A DNA stretch of 63,324 nt, filler included, from Limisphaerales bacterium (GTDB lineage: Bacteria > Verrucomicrobiota > Verrucomicrobiia > Limisphaerales > SIBE01): NCBI GenBank assembly GCA_044225505.1. It is 7 parts of 7 records of this genome, joined end to end, with 100 filler letters (N's around TTAATTAATTAA, not from the genome) between each part and the next. Parts side by side here need not be neighbours in the genome. Positions count along the whole stretch, not along the records: positions 27,801 to 36,705 come from JBGAIN010000250.1; positions 36,806 to 45,681 come from JBGAIN010000251.1; 5 more parts are not named here. One strand, 5' to 3'. A program made the translations under genes and the position numbers. Numbering within the stretch: the first letter of the stretch is position 1; every line of letters begins with the position of its first letter. The notes under the pieces are model-generated. The model did no database searches, was not told the origin of the DNA, and saw only the letters and a program-made list of their open reading frames with translations. Below are positions 29,148 to 38,765 of this stretch, in pieces.

Positions 29148-30477
29148 AAGGACTAAGGTTACTTTGCGCTTCGTCTGCCGCACGGTCTAAAGGGGCGCTG
29201 GGTATCTCGGCACACTTGGGCGGGCCGTCGGGCATTGCGGCCCGCCGCCTTGCCGCACTCTCGCGATTCATGCCTTCTGCAAGCTGGCAACAATTTGTGG
29301 ACGGAGTTGTGCAACAAATCGGGCATTGGACGCATGGTTTGGGAACGGACCGTTCCCAAACCGAAGATCGGGTGGTGACAAAAAGTCACCAAATCACGGG
29401 CGCGCACCGACGGTTGCATCGCTGGCGACCGTATTTGACACCGCCCCGTGCGGCTTTTTGTAATCCGATTAGCAATTGCTGATCGACAGGCGCGAATGGC
29501 CTCTGGAAGCCTGAGTTGGATTCCGCCTCGATCTCGTCGGCTACCCATCGTTCCAGCCGGAAGAACTTCGATTTGCCGATCATTCGGATCACCGTTGCTC
29601 AATGCGCACGGTTCAACCTCGGCACGCTTCGGTATTGCAGCCCGCAAGCACGAGAATGGCGCTTCCAGCAACAAGCAGTAGACCGACCTTCCAAACCAGG
29701 GTCTTGCAGTCGGCGCGCGCTCCTTGAGCGTCGAACTCTTTGGCTGGTGATCGATGATTCTCATCAAGCCCGTGATCCGTGGAGTGCAATGCCGCGGTCA
29801 GAAGAAAGAGCAGTTTCTTGCCGCGGCTCGAGAACTCAGGGGGTGGATTTAGATTCTCGACATTCCTGCGGTTTAGTTTTTGATTCAGAAATGATCGGAT
29901 CGCGGAATTTTTTCCGCCCGGAGCCCCGACTGGCGGACGGTGCCTAGAATCATCCGCAGCCTGCCCTCGCCTCGCCCGTTCCTGCGGGTTGAAACCCGCG
30001 CCTCCAACTAAGTAGCGGAGCACAGGTGCTTAGCGGTTGCGCGGCAGCGTCTTGGAGTGCTCCAGCCTCTGGAGCTATGGTCTCGGTACACAAGAACACG
30101 AAGCTCAACGTCGGTAGTGCGCCTTCAACTTTGGGCTTTACCGGCCTGACTTTGGTGACATTTGTCACCAACGACGTAACCCATTGCGCCCATGGCACTA
30201 AAAGACCTTTATGTTGCCGCAAACGCCGCGCTGCCAGCAGCATTTGGCTCCCACGGGTAACTTTCTAAGAGAACGGGGGCGAGGAGGAATCGTTCGATTA
30301 CGAGGAGGATTACGATTACGAGGGCGATTTCGAGAGGAATGGATGGCCGTTTCGATGGAAGAAGACCAAATGCCCCCTCCTTTTCGCTTGGTTGGTTGGA
30401 TCTTCGCACCGAAAGGCGCCACCCTCGGTTCACGTGCGCTTCAATTCGCGCGTTTTCAGGGAGTTCATTCGCTACTG

Positions 30478-30516
30478 ACCCACTGGTAACCCACTCTCAG
30501 TGGGTTACCAGTGGGT
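30478..30516. repeat. Perfect 18-bp inverted repeat with 3-nt loop
   Basis: acccactggtaacccact-ctc-agtgggttaccagtgggt. Confidence 0.95.
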
Positions 30517-30665
30517 TACCTCCGAATGAAGCGCGGTTGAAGACGCTCCGGAAAGGCCCGATCTCCGCCGATGACCAGGCTGCGGCTGGTGCGTTAACGG
30601 TAAGTCCGGGTCTGGGAATTCTCCCGCCCCCCGCTATAGCAGCGGGACGTCAATGATCGCGCCGC

Positions 30666-30716
30666 GAAATGTCTCACACTATGAGAACAATTTGCGGACA
30701 TAGTGTGAGACATTTC
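30666..30716. repeat. Perfect 18-bp inverted repeat with 15-nt loop
   Basis: gaaatgtctcacactatg-N15-catagtgtgagacatttc. Confidence 0.95.
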
Positions 30717-30842
30717 CAATTCAAGTCCCTGCACGCGCGCCTGGCGACGGTTTCCCCCAACGCCGCCATCGCGCCAATTGGAAATCGCTCTTTGGTTCGA
30801 AACATTGGCGCCGAGTCGAGGAGCGGCTAGAATCGAGGCCCT

Positions 30843-31919
30843 GTGATTCGCAACATCATCTTCGATTGGTCCGGCACCCTGGTCGATGACTTGCCCGCGG
30901 TCTGGAATGCGACCAATCACGTCTTTCGCCAGGCGGGCTTGGCCACGATGACGCTCGACCGATTTCGGACGGAGTTTTGCCTTCCCTTCCAGCGTTTCTA
31001 CGATCGGTTCACACCGACGGTGCCGATGGATCAATTGGAAGCATGGTTCCACGCTCACTTCCGCCAGTCTCAGCACACAGTGGTGGAGATTGTGCATGCC
31101 AGGGAGTTTCTCAAACGATGTCGCGAACGAGGCGTTCGCTTGTTTGTTCTGAGCTCAGTCCATGTGGACCATTTCACAGCCCAAGCAAAAGCCATGGAGT
31201 TCGGGGACTTTTTCGAACGGGTCTATGCGGGGGTCCGGGACAAACGGGAGAAAGTCCGGGAATTGCTTGAGGAGAACCATCTCCAACCCCAGGAGACGCT
31301 GCTGATTGGAGACATGGAACACGACATGGAGACGGCCAAGCACGGAGGCGTATGGTCCTGCGCCGTCTTGACGGGGTATACCGGGTTGGAAGCGCTCCGA
31401 GCGAGTCAACCGGACTGCATCGTGGAACATTTGGCGGAACTGTTGGCCCACCTCGAGCACGCGGCTTGGGAATTTCCCGGTCCAGGCCCGACCGCGAATG
31501 CGCAACGTCCCGTGGCGACGGTTGGTGCGTTGATTTCTGACGGCGCTGGGCGGGTGTTAATGATCCGAACTCAGAAATGGTCAAATACCTGGGGTATTCC
31601 TGGCGGGAAGATTGAATATGGCGAACCGGCGATCGACGCGTTGCGGCGAGAGCTCCGAGAGGAGACCAACCTGGACGTCACGGACATTGAATTTGTGATG
31701 GTCCAGGATTGCATTCGTTCGCCGGAGTTTTACCGCGAAGCGCACTTCCTGCTGCTCAATTACTTCTGCCGGGCGCTCCCGGGGCGAGAGGTGAAGCTCA
31801 ATGAGGAGGCGCAGGAATTTCGCTGGGTCACAGTCGAGGAGGCGAAGGATCTGCGTTTGAACCACCCAACCCGCCGACTATTAGCGCGAGTTGCTGACCC
31901 AAAGCGTGACCTGCAGTAA
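30843..31919 (+). CDS. HAD hydrolase-NUDIX fusion protein
   Basis: FDWSGTLVDD and IGDMEHD (HAD); GGKIEYGEPAIDALRRELREETNL (Nudix box). Confidence 0.92.
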   Translation: MIRNIIFDWSGTLVDDLPAVWNATNHVFRQAGLATMTLDRFRTEFCLPFQRFYDRFTPTVPMDQLEAWFHAHFRQSQHTVVEIVHAREFLKRCRERGVRLFVLSSVHVDHFTAQAKAMEFGDFFERVYAGVRDKREKVRELLEENHLQPQETLLIGDMEHDMETAKHGGVWSCAVLTGYTGLEALRASQPDCIVEHLAELLAHLEHAAWEFPGPGPTANAQRPVATVGALISDGAGRVLMIRTQKWSNTWGIPGGKIEYGEPAIDALRRELREETNLDVTDIEFVMVQDCIRSPEFYREAHFLLLNYFCRALPGREVKLNEEAQEFRWVTVEEAKDLRLNHPTRRLLARVADPKRDLQ

Positions 31920-31971
31920 GACGCGGCGCCGCGCGTCGATAAAGCAAGGCGCGCCAGATCCGCCCGCCACG

Positions 31972-32598
31972 CTAAAACGAGAGTTGCACCAAGCGCTCTC
32001 GAATCTGCCCGGCCCACCGAGTCGCGAAACTTAGGGACCGATAAATGTCATGAAGCCGGGCAAGCGGCAGGGCTGCGGTCCGATCTGGATTTCCCACCGC
32101 CGGGGCTGCATTCCAAGCGGCGTTAAGTTCCGCGAGCTCTTGTTCGAGCGCAGAAACCTTCTGCTGAAGTCTGGTGCTGTTGGCCTCGAGTCGCTCGCGC
32201 CATTCCTCGCCCTTGCGGAAGAACTCCACTTTCTGCAGTGGTGAAACCGCGGTGGCTTTGAGGGCCAGGAACCCGTCCACATCGCGGCAGAGCTGGCCAA
32301 GTTGGAAATACTCGTCGACGCTGGCCGTCGGGATGCGTTCGAGCGGGTCTACCTTGGTCCCGTGCTCCAGCTCGAGCAGGTGCCGCACGCGGGTCTTAGG
32401 ATCACGCAAGCATTGGTAGGCGGTATTCAGGTCCGCGAACTGCATGGTCGCGGCCGCCTTCTCTTCGGCGGGCGCATTGTGAATACGGTCAGGATGAATC
32501 GCACCGGAGCGGGCCACGAAGTTAGCCTGCAACTCCTTGGGGTCAACCCAAGGTTGGCGCGGTTGATTCAAGAGAGCGAAGTGGTCGATCGAGGCCAT
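31972..32598 (-). CDS. hscB: HscB-like J-domain co-chaperone
   Basis: DHFALL, IHPDR and LNTAYQCLRDP; adjacent to an iscA-like gene. Confidence 0.75.
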   Translation of the reverse strand: MASIDHFALLNQPRQPWVDPKELQANFVARSGAIHPDRIHNAPAEEKAAATMQFADLNTAYQCLRDPKTRVRHLLELEHGTKVDPLERIPTASVDEYFQLGQLCRDVDGFLALKATAVSPLQKVEFFRKGEEWRERLEANSTRLQQKVSALEQELAELNAAWNAAPAVGNPDRTAALPLARLHDIYRSLSFATRWAGQIRERLVQLSF

Positions 32599-32698
32599 GG
32601 GGGGCGGATGCTAGGGGAACGAGATCAAGTTCCGGCGCGGAGCTGGGAACATAAGACTGAGCCCTTCGCCGTAACTTTCGGCGCCAGAGTGGATTCAA

Positions 32699-33088
32699 TC
32701 ACGCACTAAAACTCTCCCCGCACGAGCAGGAACTGGCCGCATTCGGATTCTTGACTTTAAATCCGCCATCCTGGAGCGCGTCCACATAGTCCAGCTCCGA
32801 ACCGGTGACATAGAGAGCGCTTTTCGGATCCACCACCACTTTGATGCCGCCACTTTCGACGAGGATATCGCGATTGGCAGGTTGATCTTGGAGATCCATC
32901 TTGTACTGCAAGCCGGAGCATCCACCACCCACGACGGCCACCCGTAGCACGCCAGAAGGGCGTCCCTGTTTTTGCAGCAGCGCGCCGACCTTTCGGGCCG
33001 CGGTCGGCGTCACTTTGATCAGGCGCTCGTCGCCCACGCGATAATTGGCCGGGGTGTTCGAACTGCTGTTGGTTTTGGGAGCTATCAT
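32699..33088 (-). CDS. iscA: A-type Fe-S carrier (HesB/IscA)
   Basis: GGGCSGLQY and NPNAASSCSCGESF. Confidence 0.9.
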   Translation of the reverse strand: MIAPKTNSSSNTPANYRVGDERLIKVTPTAARKVGALLQKQGRPSGVLRVAVVGGGCSGLQYKMDLQDQPANRDILVESGGIKVVVDPKSALYVTGSELDYVDALQDGGFKVKNPNAASSCSCGESFSA

Positions 33089-33270
33089 GTCTGCTAAGGA
33101 GGAGAGTACTGCGATCCTGGAGATCGGTCAACCCAACCCCACCTATTCCCACGAACCTTTGGAGGGGATTCAAGGCACACTGGGAGGTGAACGACGGTAG
33201 GCGGATGTTGCCGGATCGGATGGACTAACGCCAACTCGCAACCGGTCGAACGACGCCCACCGGACCGCAC

Positions 33271-33969
33271 TCAAGGAGTTTTTTCAAACTCGGACAGGAT
33301 CGTGACCCCGGCAGAGGTGCCAAGCCGGTCCGCTCCCGCTTCGATCATCGCTTTGGCCGTCGCGAGAGATCGGATGCCCCCGGCTGCCTTGACGCCAAAA
33401 CGTGGACCAACCGCCTGCCGCAGCAGGCGAACGTCCTCGACTGTGGCGCCGGAAGCCGCGAACCCAGTCGACGTTTTGACGTAATGCGCTCCGGAATCAA
33501 GCACCAGTGTGCAGGCGTCGAGCTTCTGTTGCTCGGTTAACAGGCAGACCTCGAGGATGACTTTGACGGGGAGTTCATCCGCCGCTTCCACCACGTCCCG
33601 TAACTCGCGCAAGACGTAGGCGTAATCGCCCTCCTTCAATCGGCCGACGTTAAGGACGATATCAAATTCATGAGCTCCGTTGTCGATGGCGGCGTCCGTT
33701 TCAAAGCGTTTGGTATCGGCATCGGTGGCGCCCAACGGGAAACCGATCGTGGCGGCGACTTTGATTCCCGACTCTTCCAGGAAGGTCACTGCTTGCAGCA
33801 CGCGACTCCCATTGACGCAGACACAGTGGAACCGGTGCTTCGCGGCGTCTTGGCAAAGCCGCTGAATATCGGCTGAAGTCGCGTCGGGTCGAAGCAACGT
33901 GTGTTCGATGCGTTGAGCAAGGGCTTCCTTGCTCAACGCCACGGAAGACATGGGCTGTTCAGAATCCAC
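33271..33969 (-). CDS. deoC: Deoxyribose-phosphate aldolase
   Basis: IEHTLL, GFPLGA, VKVILE, VKTSTGF, VKAAGGIR and RLGTS. Confidence 0.97.
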   Translation of the reverse strand: MDSEQPMSSVALSKEALAQRIEHTLLRPDATSADIQRLCQDAAKHRFHCVCVNGSRVLQAVTFLEESGIKVAATIGFPLGATDADTKRFETDAAIDNGAHEFDIVLNVGRLKEGDYAYVLRELRDVVEAADELPVKVILEVCLLTEQQKLDACTLVLDSGAHYVKTSTGFAASGATVEDVRLLRQAVGPRFGVKAAGGIRSLATAKAMIEAGADRLGTSAGVTILSEFEKTP

Positions 33970-34005
33970 GACTGACGATTGTCGCCAGAACCGACGGCGG
34001 CAAGG

Positions 34006-34995
34006 TCATTTCGGAAGCAGATCGCTCACCATCACCTTTTCTTCCTTCAACTCGTTCACGGTGGCATCGATCTTGGACTTGCTAAACTCGTTGATAGGAA
34101 GGCCCTGCACGATCTCCACTTTCTGTCCGTTGCTCCGCACGGGGAAAGAGCAGATCAAACCTTTCTCGAGGCCGTAGCTGCCATCCGAGACCAACGCCAA
34201 ACTGTGCCAGTCACCCGCCGCGGTAGGAGTTACCACCGACCGAACGCTGTCGATCACCGCGTTGGCTGCACTGGCCGCGCTGGAACTGCCGCGGGCCTTG
34301 ATCACTGCGGCACCCCGCTGCTGCACCGTGCTGATGAACTCACCTTTCAGCCAGGCTTCATCGCGAATGACCTCAGTCGCCGGTTTCCCTTGGACGCGAG
34401 CGTTGTAAAAGTCCGGATACTGCGTCGCGGAGTGGTTGCCCCAAATTGCCAAATTGCTGACCGCAGTGATATCGACTCCAGCTTTCTTGGCCAATTGCGC
34501 TTTGCCGCGGTTTTCATCCAGCCGGGTCATAGCGAAAAACCGATCCCGCGGAATTTCCGGGGCATTGTTCATGGCGATGAGGCAATTGGTGTTGCAAGGG
34601 TTGCCGACCACCAGGATGCGAACGTCCGAGGCGGCATTCTTCTGAATGGCCTGGCCCTGACCGATAAAGATCTTGCCGTTAATGCCGAGCAGATCTTTCC
34701 GTTCCATTCCCGCTTTGCGCGGGACGCTGCCAACGAGAAGCGCCCAATTCACTCCGCGGAAACCCGCGGCCAGATCGGATGTTGCCACCACGCCCTTGAG
34801 CAATGGAAACGCGCAATCATCGAGCTCCATGATCACGCCGTTCAACGCGGGCAGAGCCGGTTCAATTTCAATGAGGTGTAAGATGACCGGCTGATTCGGA
34901 CCGAAAACCGCGCCCGAAGCGATGCGGAATAAGAGAGCGTAGCCAATCTGACCAGCAGCGCCAGTCACAGCAACTCGAAGAGGTGTGGAGTTCAT
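34006..34995 (-). CDS. mdh: Malate dehydrogenase
   Basis: [35 protein letters not shown] and WGNHS. Confidence 0.98.
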   Translation of the reverse strand: MNSTPLRVAVTGAAGQIGYALLFRIASGAVFGPNQPVILHLIEIEPALPALNGVIMELDDCAFPLLKGVVATSDLAAGFRGVNWALLVGSVPRKAGMERKDLLGINGKIFIGQGQAIQKNAASDVRILVVGNPCNTNCLIAMNNAPEIPRDRFFAMTRLDENRGKAQLAKKAGVDITAVSNLAIWGNHSATQYPDFYNARVQGKPATEVIRDEAWLKGEFISTVQQRGAAVIKARGSSSAASAANAVIDSVRSVVTPTAAGDWHSLALVSDGSYGLEKGLICSFPVRSNGQKVEIVQGLPINEFSKSKIDATVNELKEEKVMVSDLLPK

Positions 34996-35304
34996 GCGTT
35001 TCGTTTATCAAAGACGCGGAGTATAGAAGAATGCTTTCTCCAGTGGCAAGTGGAGTTTTGAGGTCCCTGACGTCATGAGCCGGTGTCGTGGGAGCAGCTG
35101 CAGTAGATCCGTTTTTCAAAACCCTTCGAAGAATGTGGGGTGTTACTGCGAAGAGATGGCGGCTGCGGCCAGTCTCATCGGACCTGCTATGGCGGCGTTT
35201 GCGGACGGTCCGCGGAGCACCTCGCCGGCGATGAATCACGCCTTCCTCAGTGTCTAGCGCCGATGCTCCGTCATCGAACGAACGGGTTCGCTTCACGCTC
35301 TGTC

Positions 35305-36705
35305 TCACGGAGCGCGAAGCGCTAGATTCTCGCGGATCTGCCCTTCGACACCCGCGGGCGATGTTCCCGTGGCGCGAATGCCAGCAGCAGTACCGCTGAC
35401 GTAGGCCGTAGCCGCCGAAGTTCCGCGCACGAGGTACTTTTGGCCTTGGTAATCGACCAGGCTCATACCTGGGGCAATCACATCCACAAAGTTGCCGCGA
35501 TTGGCGTAGGGCGCAATATGGCCCCGGCGGTCACCCGCAGTGACCGCCACGACGTCCGGATAGGCCGCCGGGAACGTCAGATCGGTGGTCGGCTGATTTC
35601 CGGCAGCACCGAAGAAAAGCACTCCCTGTTGATGCGCAGCGTGGATTAGGCCGGAGAGGAATTGACTATCCCCGCTGCCTCCCAGGCTCAGATTGATGAT
35701 ACCCGCTCCGGACGCCAATGCCGTGTAGATACCTTTGGCGACATCAAAGGTCGACGTCTCTGGATTACTACCGTAGACATCCACGGGCAGAACGCGGACG
35801 GAGGACCCCCCTGCTTCTTGCGGCGCATAGGTAAGCCCATGCAAGATCGTTTCCGCCATGGAGGTGCCGTGGGTCAGCTCATCTCTTGCGAGACTGGGTT
35901 CCCCGGCCACATGCACCGCCGGCAGGAGAAACTCGCTCATCTTGCTGTCGAGAGGTTGCACCGCGGTATCGATCAGAGCCACGATCACTTGGTTCCCAGG
36001 ATTTCCAATCTTGGGTTTAATCGGAAAAGCTCCCCCAGAGCTCAGCTCGACGTTATCGACCCGGGTTGGGCGATCGACCCGGTAATTGGAATCGGTCGAC
36101 GCTACATCTTCGTTGGAAGCCAGCGCTTCGCGTGCAGCTTGCGCGGCAGCTTCGTCCGCAAACTGTAGCCGATAGGTGTTCAGCCCATCGACACGACCGA
36201 TAACCTTCCCGCCAAGTCGTCGAGCTAACGCCTCGATCGTTTCTTTGGCGCCGGGACGCAGCGTCACGACCAGTTCATTGGGAATGAGCGCCTTGGAGGT
36301 ATTTCCTTCAGCCGGAGATGCATCCGCAACCAGTTGAGTCGCTTCCTGCAGCGAGGTGCGAAAGATGAATAAACGCGCGGGCGCATTGGTTTGAGGCAAG
36401 AGCGCGAAATTCAGGTCGCCGAGCATTCGCCTGAGAGCCTCACCCACCGGTAGCTTCTTGAACCGCACGGACACGGTGTGCTTGGTTCCCGGCTCAACGT
36501 AGACTTGCCAACCAGCAGCCCGGGCTAACTCGCCCAGGAACGTGGGGAAGTCCCAACCTTCGATCTGAGCATCCACCTTCTTCGATTGCGCGTCCCAGAC
36601 CAAGGAATCCGCTGCAGCCAACGGCGCGGGGTTGGCTGCCCATAGCATCGCCAAGCACGCGAGGGCTTTCCAGCGGACATTCCCAAGGAGAGAGGCAATT
36701 CGCAT
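35305..36705 (-). CDS. S8 subtilisin-like protease with N-terminal extensions
   Basis: Signal peptide; catalytic IDT, THGT and GTSAA plus oxyanion AAGN. Confidence 0.88.
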   Translation of the reverse strand: MRIASLLGNVRWKALACLAMLWAANPAPLAAADSLVWDAQSKKVDAQIEGWDFPTFLGELARAAGWQVYVEPGTKHTVSVRFKKLPVGEALRRMLGDLNFALLPQTNAPARLFIFRTSLQEATQLVADASPAEGNTSKALIPNELVVTLRPGAKETIEALARRLGGKVIGRVDGLNTYRLQFADEAAAQAAREALASNEDVASTDSNYRVDRPTRVDNVELSSGGAFPIKPKIGNPGNQVIVALIDTAVQPLDSKMSEFLLPAVHVAGEPSLARDELTHGTSMAETILHGLTYAPQEAGGSSVRVLPVDVYGSNPETSTFDVAKGIYTALASGAGIINLSLGGSGDSQFLSGLIHAAHQQGVLFFGAAGNQPTTDLTFPAAYPDVVAVTAGDRRGHIAPYANRGNFVDVIAPGMSLVDYQGQKYLVRGTSAATAYVSGTAAGIRATGTSPAGVEGQIRENLALRAP

Positions 36706-36828
36706 NNNNNNNNNNNNNNNNNNNNNNNNNNNNNNNNNNNNNNNNNNNNTTAATTAATTAANNNNNNNNNNNNNNNNNNNNNNNNNNNNNNNNNNNNNNN
36801 NNNNNCGGTCAGGTGGCCGGTGGCTGGT

Positions 36829-36883
36829 GACCGCTTGCCGACCGCTGGAAGCCGTTCAGCGGCTGTCCGGGGGCTGTCTTCCC
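36829..36883. repeat. Degenerate 11-bp-period tract
   Basis: gaccgcttgcc gaccgctggaa gccgttcagcg gctgtccgggg gctgtcttccc. Confidence 0.55.
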
Positions 36884-36899
36884 ATTCTAAATCAGTGCG

Positions 36900-38267
36900 T
36901 TACGGATGTTGGATCTTCCAAATGAGGGTGCCGAGGCCGTTATTGCCGCTGGCTTCCGCGGTCTTAGCCACGAGCAATGCGTCCTCTTTACGCCCCTGAG
37001 CAAGAAGGAATTCCGCGTAGCGTAAACCGCTTTCCGGCAATTGCGGATTCAAGACAAAGGCTTGCCGGAAGGCAAAATCGGCCGCTTTCGCCATCCGCAG
37101 ACGTTCCGCGGCCAGCGATATATTCTTCACGCGCCAGGCATAAACACTGGCGATGGAGGTGCGCAGCTTGGCATAGAATCGCCGCGTTGCGTCATTCTTC
37201 AAATAGTGCGGATCGCCTTTGAAACCGTCCGTTTCGCTCTTCTCGAACACCTTCTCCACGAACGAACAAACGTCCTTTAAGGGCGTTTCCGGGGTGAGCC
37301 ACTTCCCCAGCGCCTGATCCACGAAGGATGTCCAAAAGGAGCGGTCTTTCTCCAGCATCGCTTCGGGCAATTCCCGTACGGGCTGACGTTCCAACTTCAT
37401 AATCAAACCGTTGGGGCGCAAATGGGGATACATCCAGTCTAGCGGGAAGCTCTCCTCGACGTAGAACTCGCGATCTGGATTGTTGCGGTAGATCAGCCGA
37501 GCGATCCGCGCGTTGATCTCCATCACCGCAACTTGCCCGGACACGTTGACGCGCCCCGTGTCTTCGTCACGCTCCACGTTCTCCCCTGGCTTGAGCTTGC
37601 CCGTTTCCAGCCGCTTCGTGGCGTCCGCAATATACTCACTAAAAACTGCTTGAATCTCCACTTCTGTGGGCAACTTGAGACGGTCCCCATACATCGCGCG
37701 GAGGTATTGCATATAGAGATTATCGGCGAGCGCGTTCTGCGTGAGCACAAAGCAGGGATCCGCCTTCTCATGCGATTTCACGAAGGCCGTGGGCAACCAC
37801 CGGCCGGGATCGGTGCCGCCGAAGTAAACGGCACCCTTGGGCATGGAGGCCAGAATCTCCTCGGAATACCTGGCGACGTAACGCTCGTCTCCTTGTTGGC
37901 ATTCTTCCACAGCACCGAATGCCTCGTTCACGGGTTGCCAGACCATGGTGATCAATCGGGGATCCGATTTGCCTCCCTGGTATTGATAAGCACCACGCCG
38001 CAACCGATTATAGAGTTGGGTCACTTTGGCCCAGTCAGCAGCTTTTCCAGCGTTGAAAAACTCCCAGACTTCCGGCGCTTGCTCTTTGTCCTCTAGCTTG
38101 GCTAACGCCTTGGACTGAGCCTCCTTCTCCGCGAAAAACTCTTTCAACCTTTTCTCAAAGCGCGCGGGAACCTGGTCTTCGTTCTCCGTTTGCGCGAAAG
38201 TGCGGGTTACGGTTGCCAGGACGATCAGAGTCCCGGTTGCGATCTGAAGCCATCGATGACGTATCAT
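36900..38267 (-). CDS. Secreted hypothetical protein with C-terminal TPR-like helices
   Basis: Signal peptide; YFGGTDPGR, LTQNALAD and EESFPLDWMYP motifs. Confidence 0.8.
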   Translation of the reverse strand: MIRHRWLQIATGTLIVLATVTRTFAQTENEDQVPARFEKRLKEFFAEKEAQSKALAKLEDKEQAPEVWEFFNAGKAADWAKVTQLYNRLRRGAYQYQGGKSDPRLITMVWQPVNEAFGAVEECQQGDERYVARYSEEILASMPKGAVYFGGTDPGRWLPTAFVKSHEKADPCFVLTQNALADNLYMQYLRAMYGDRLKLPTEVEIQAVFSEYIADATKRLETGKLKPGENVERDEDTGRVNVSGQVAVMEINARIARLIYRNNPDREFYVEESFPLDWMYPHLRPNGLIMKLERQPVRELPEAMLEKDRSFWTSFVDQALGKWLTPETPLKDVCSFVEKVFEKSETDGFKGDPHYLKNDATRRFYAKLRTSIASVYAWRVKNISLAAERLRMAKAADFAFRQAFVLNPQLPESGLRYAEFLLAQGRKEDALLVAKTAEASGNNGLGTLIWKIQHP

Positions 38268-38541
38268 AAGCGTTGTTTCGTCTAAATCCCTGTTTGAGCG
38301 CGCGCTTCGGAAAGGCGCGGTTCAACAGGCAGTCACACCAAGTAAGACACCGCCAGGTCGTTGATTTGTATAGGCGGTTTTCCAGCCCTGTCAGTTCGGA
38401 GTCGGGCGCCGACGCTTGATCTCCGCCTTAAGGAACGGTGTGCGTCCGGTTAGATCGTGGTGAGGGCTCGACGAGCGTTCGATCATGACTCGAAACGACC
38501 AAGAACCGAGCGACACCTCACCTACCCTTGACCAAGGGCCG

Positions 38542-38662
38542 ATCGAGACCTCATCGAGACCTCATCGAGACCTCATCGAGACCTCATCGAGACCTCATCG
38601 AGACCTCATCGAGACCTCATCGAGACCTCATCGAGACCTCATCGAGACCTGATCGAGACCTG
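38542..38662. repeat. 11 tandem copies of an 11-bp unit
   Basis: atcgagacctc x9 then atcgagacctg x2. Confidence 0.98.
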
Positions 38663-38765
38663 GGCGAATGAAAAGCCCGAAATTGGCGGGAGGAAAGCGC
38701 GGCATTGAAGTTGCCAATGACAATTTGTGGTGCATGCCAGGCTCAGAGCTGCTAAGAGGGCCAGG

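Noticed and set aside
28668..30489. ORFs with RLRLRL/ITITIT runs and other ORFs in this tract
   Set aside because: Translations of GATTAC repeats and REP DNA with no recognisable protein features.
33979..34881. 300-aa plus-strand ORF, and similar long antisense ORFs elsewhere (e.g. 13272-14213, 46372-47304)
   Set aside because: Shadow ORFs opposite well-supported genes in GC-rich DNA.
38542..38662. Possible CRISPR array
   Set aside because: Contiguous 11-mers with no spacers and no cas genes.
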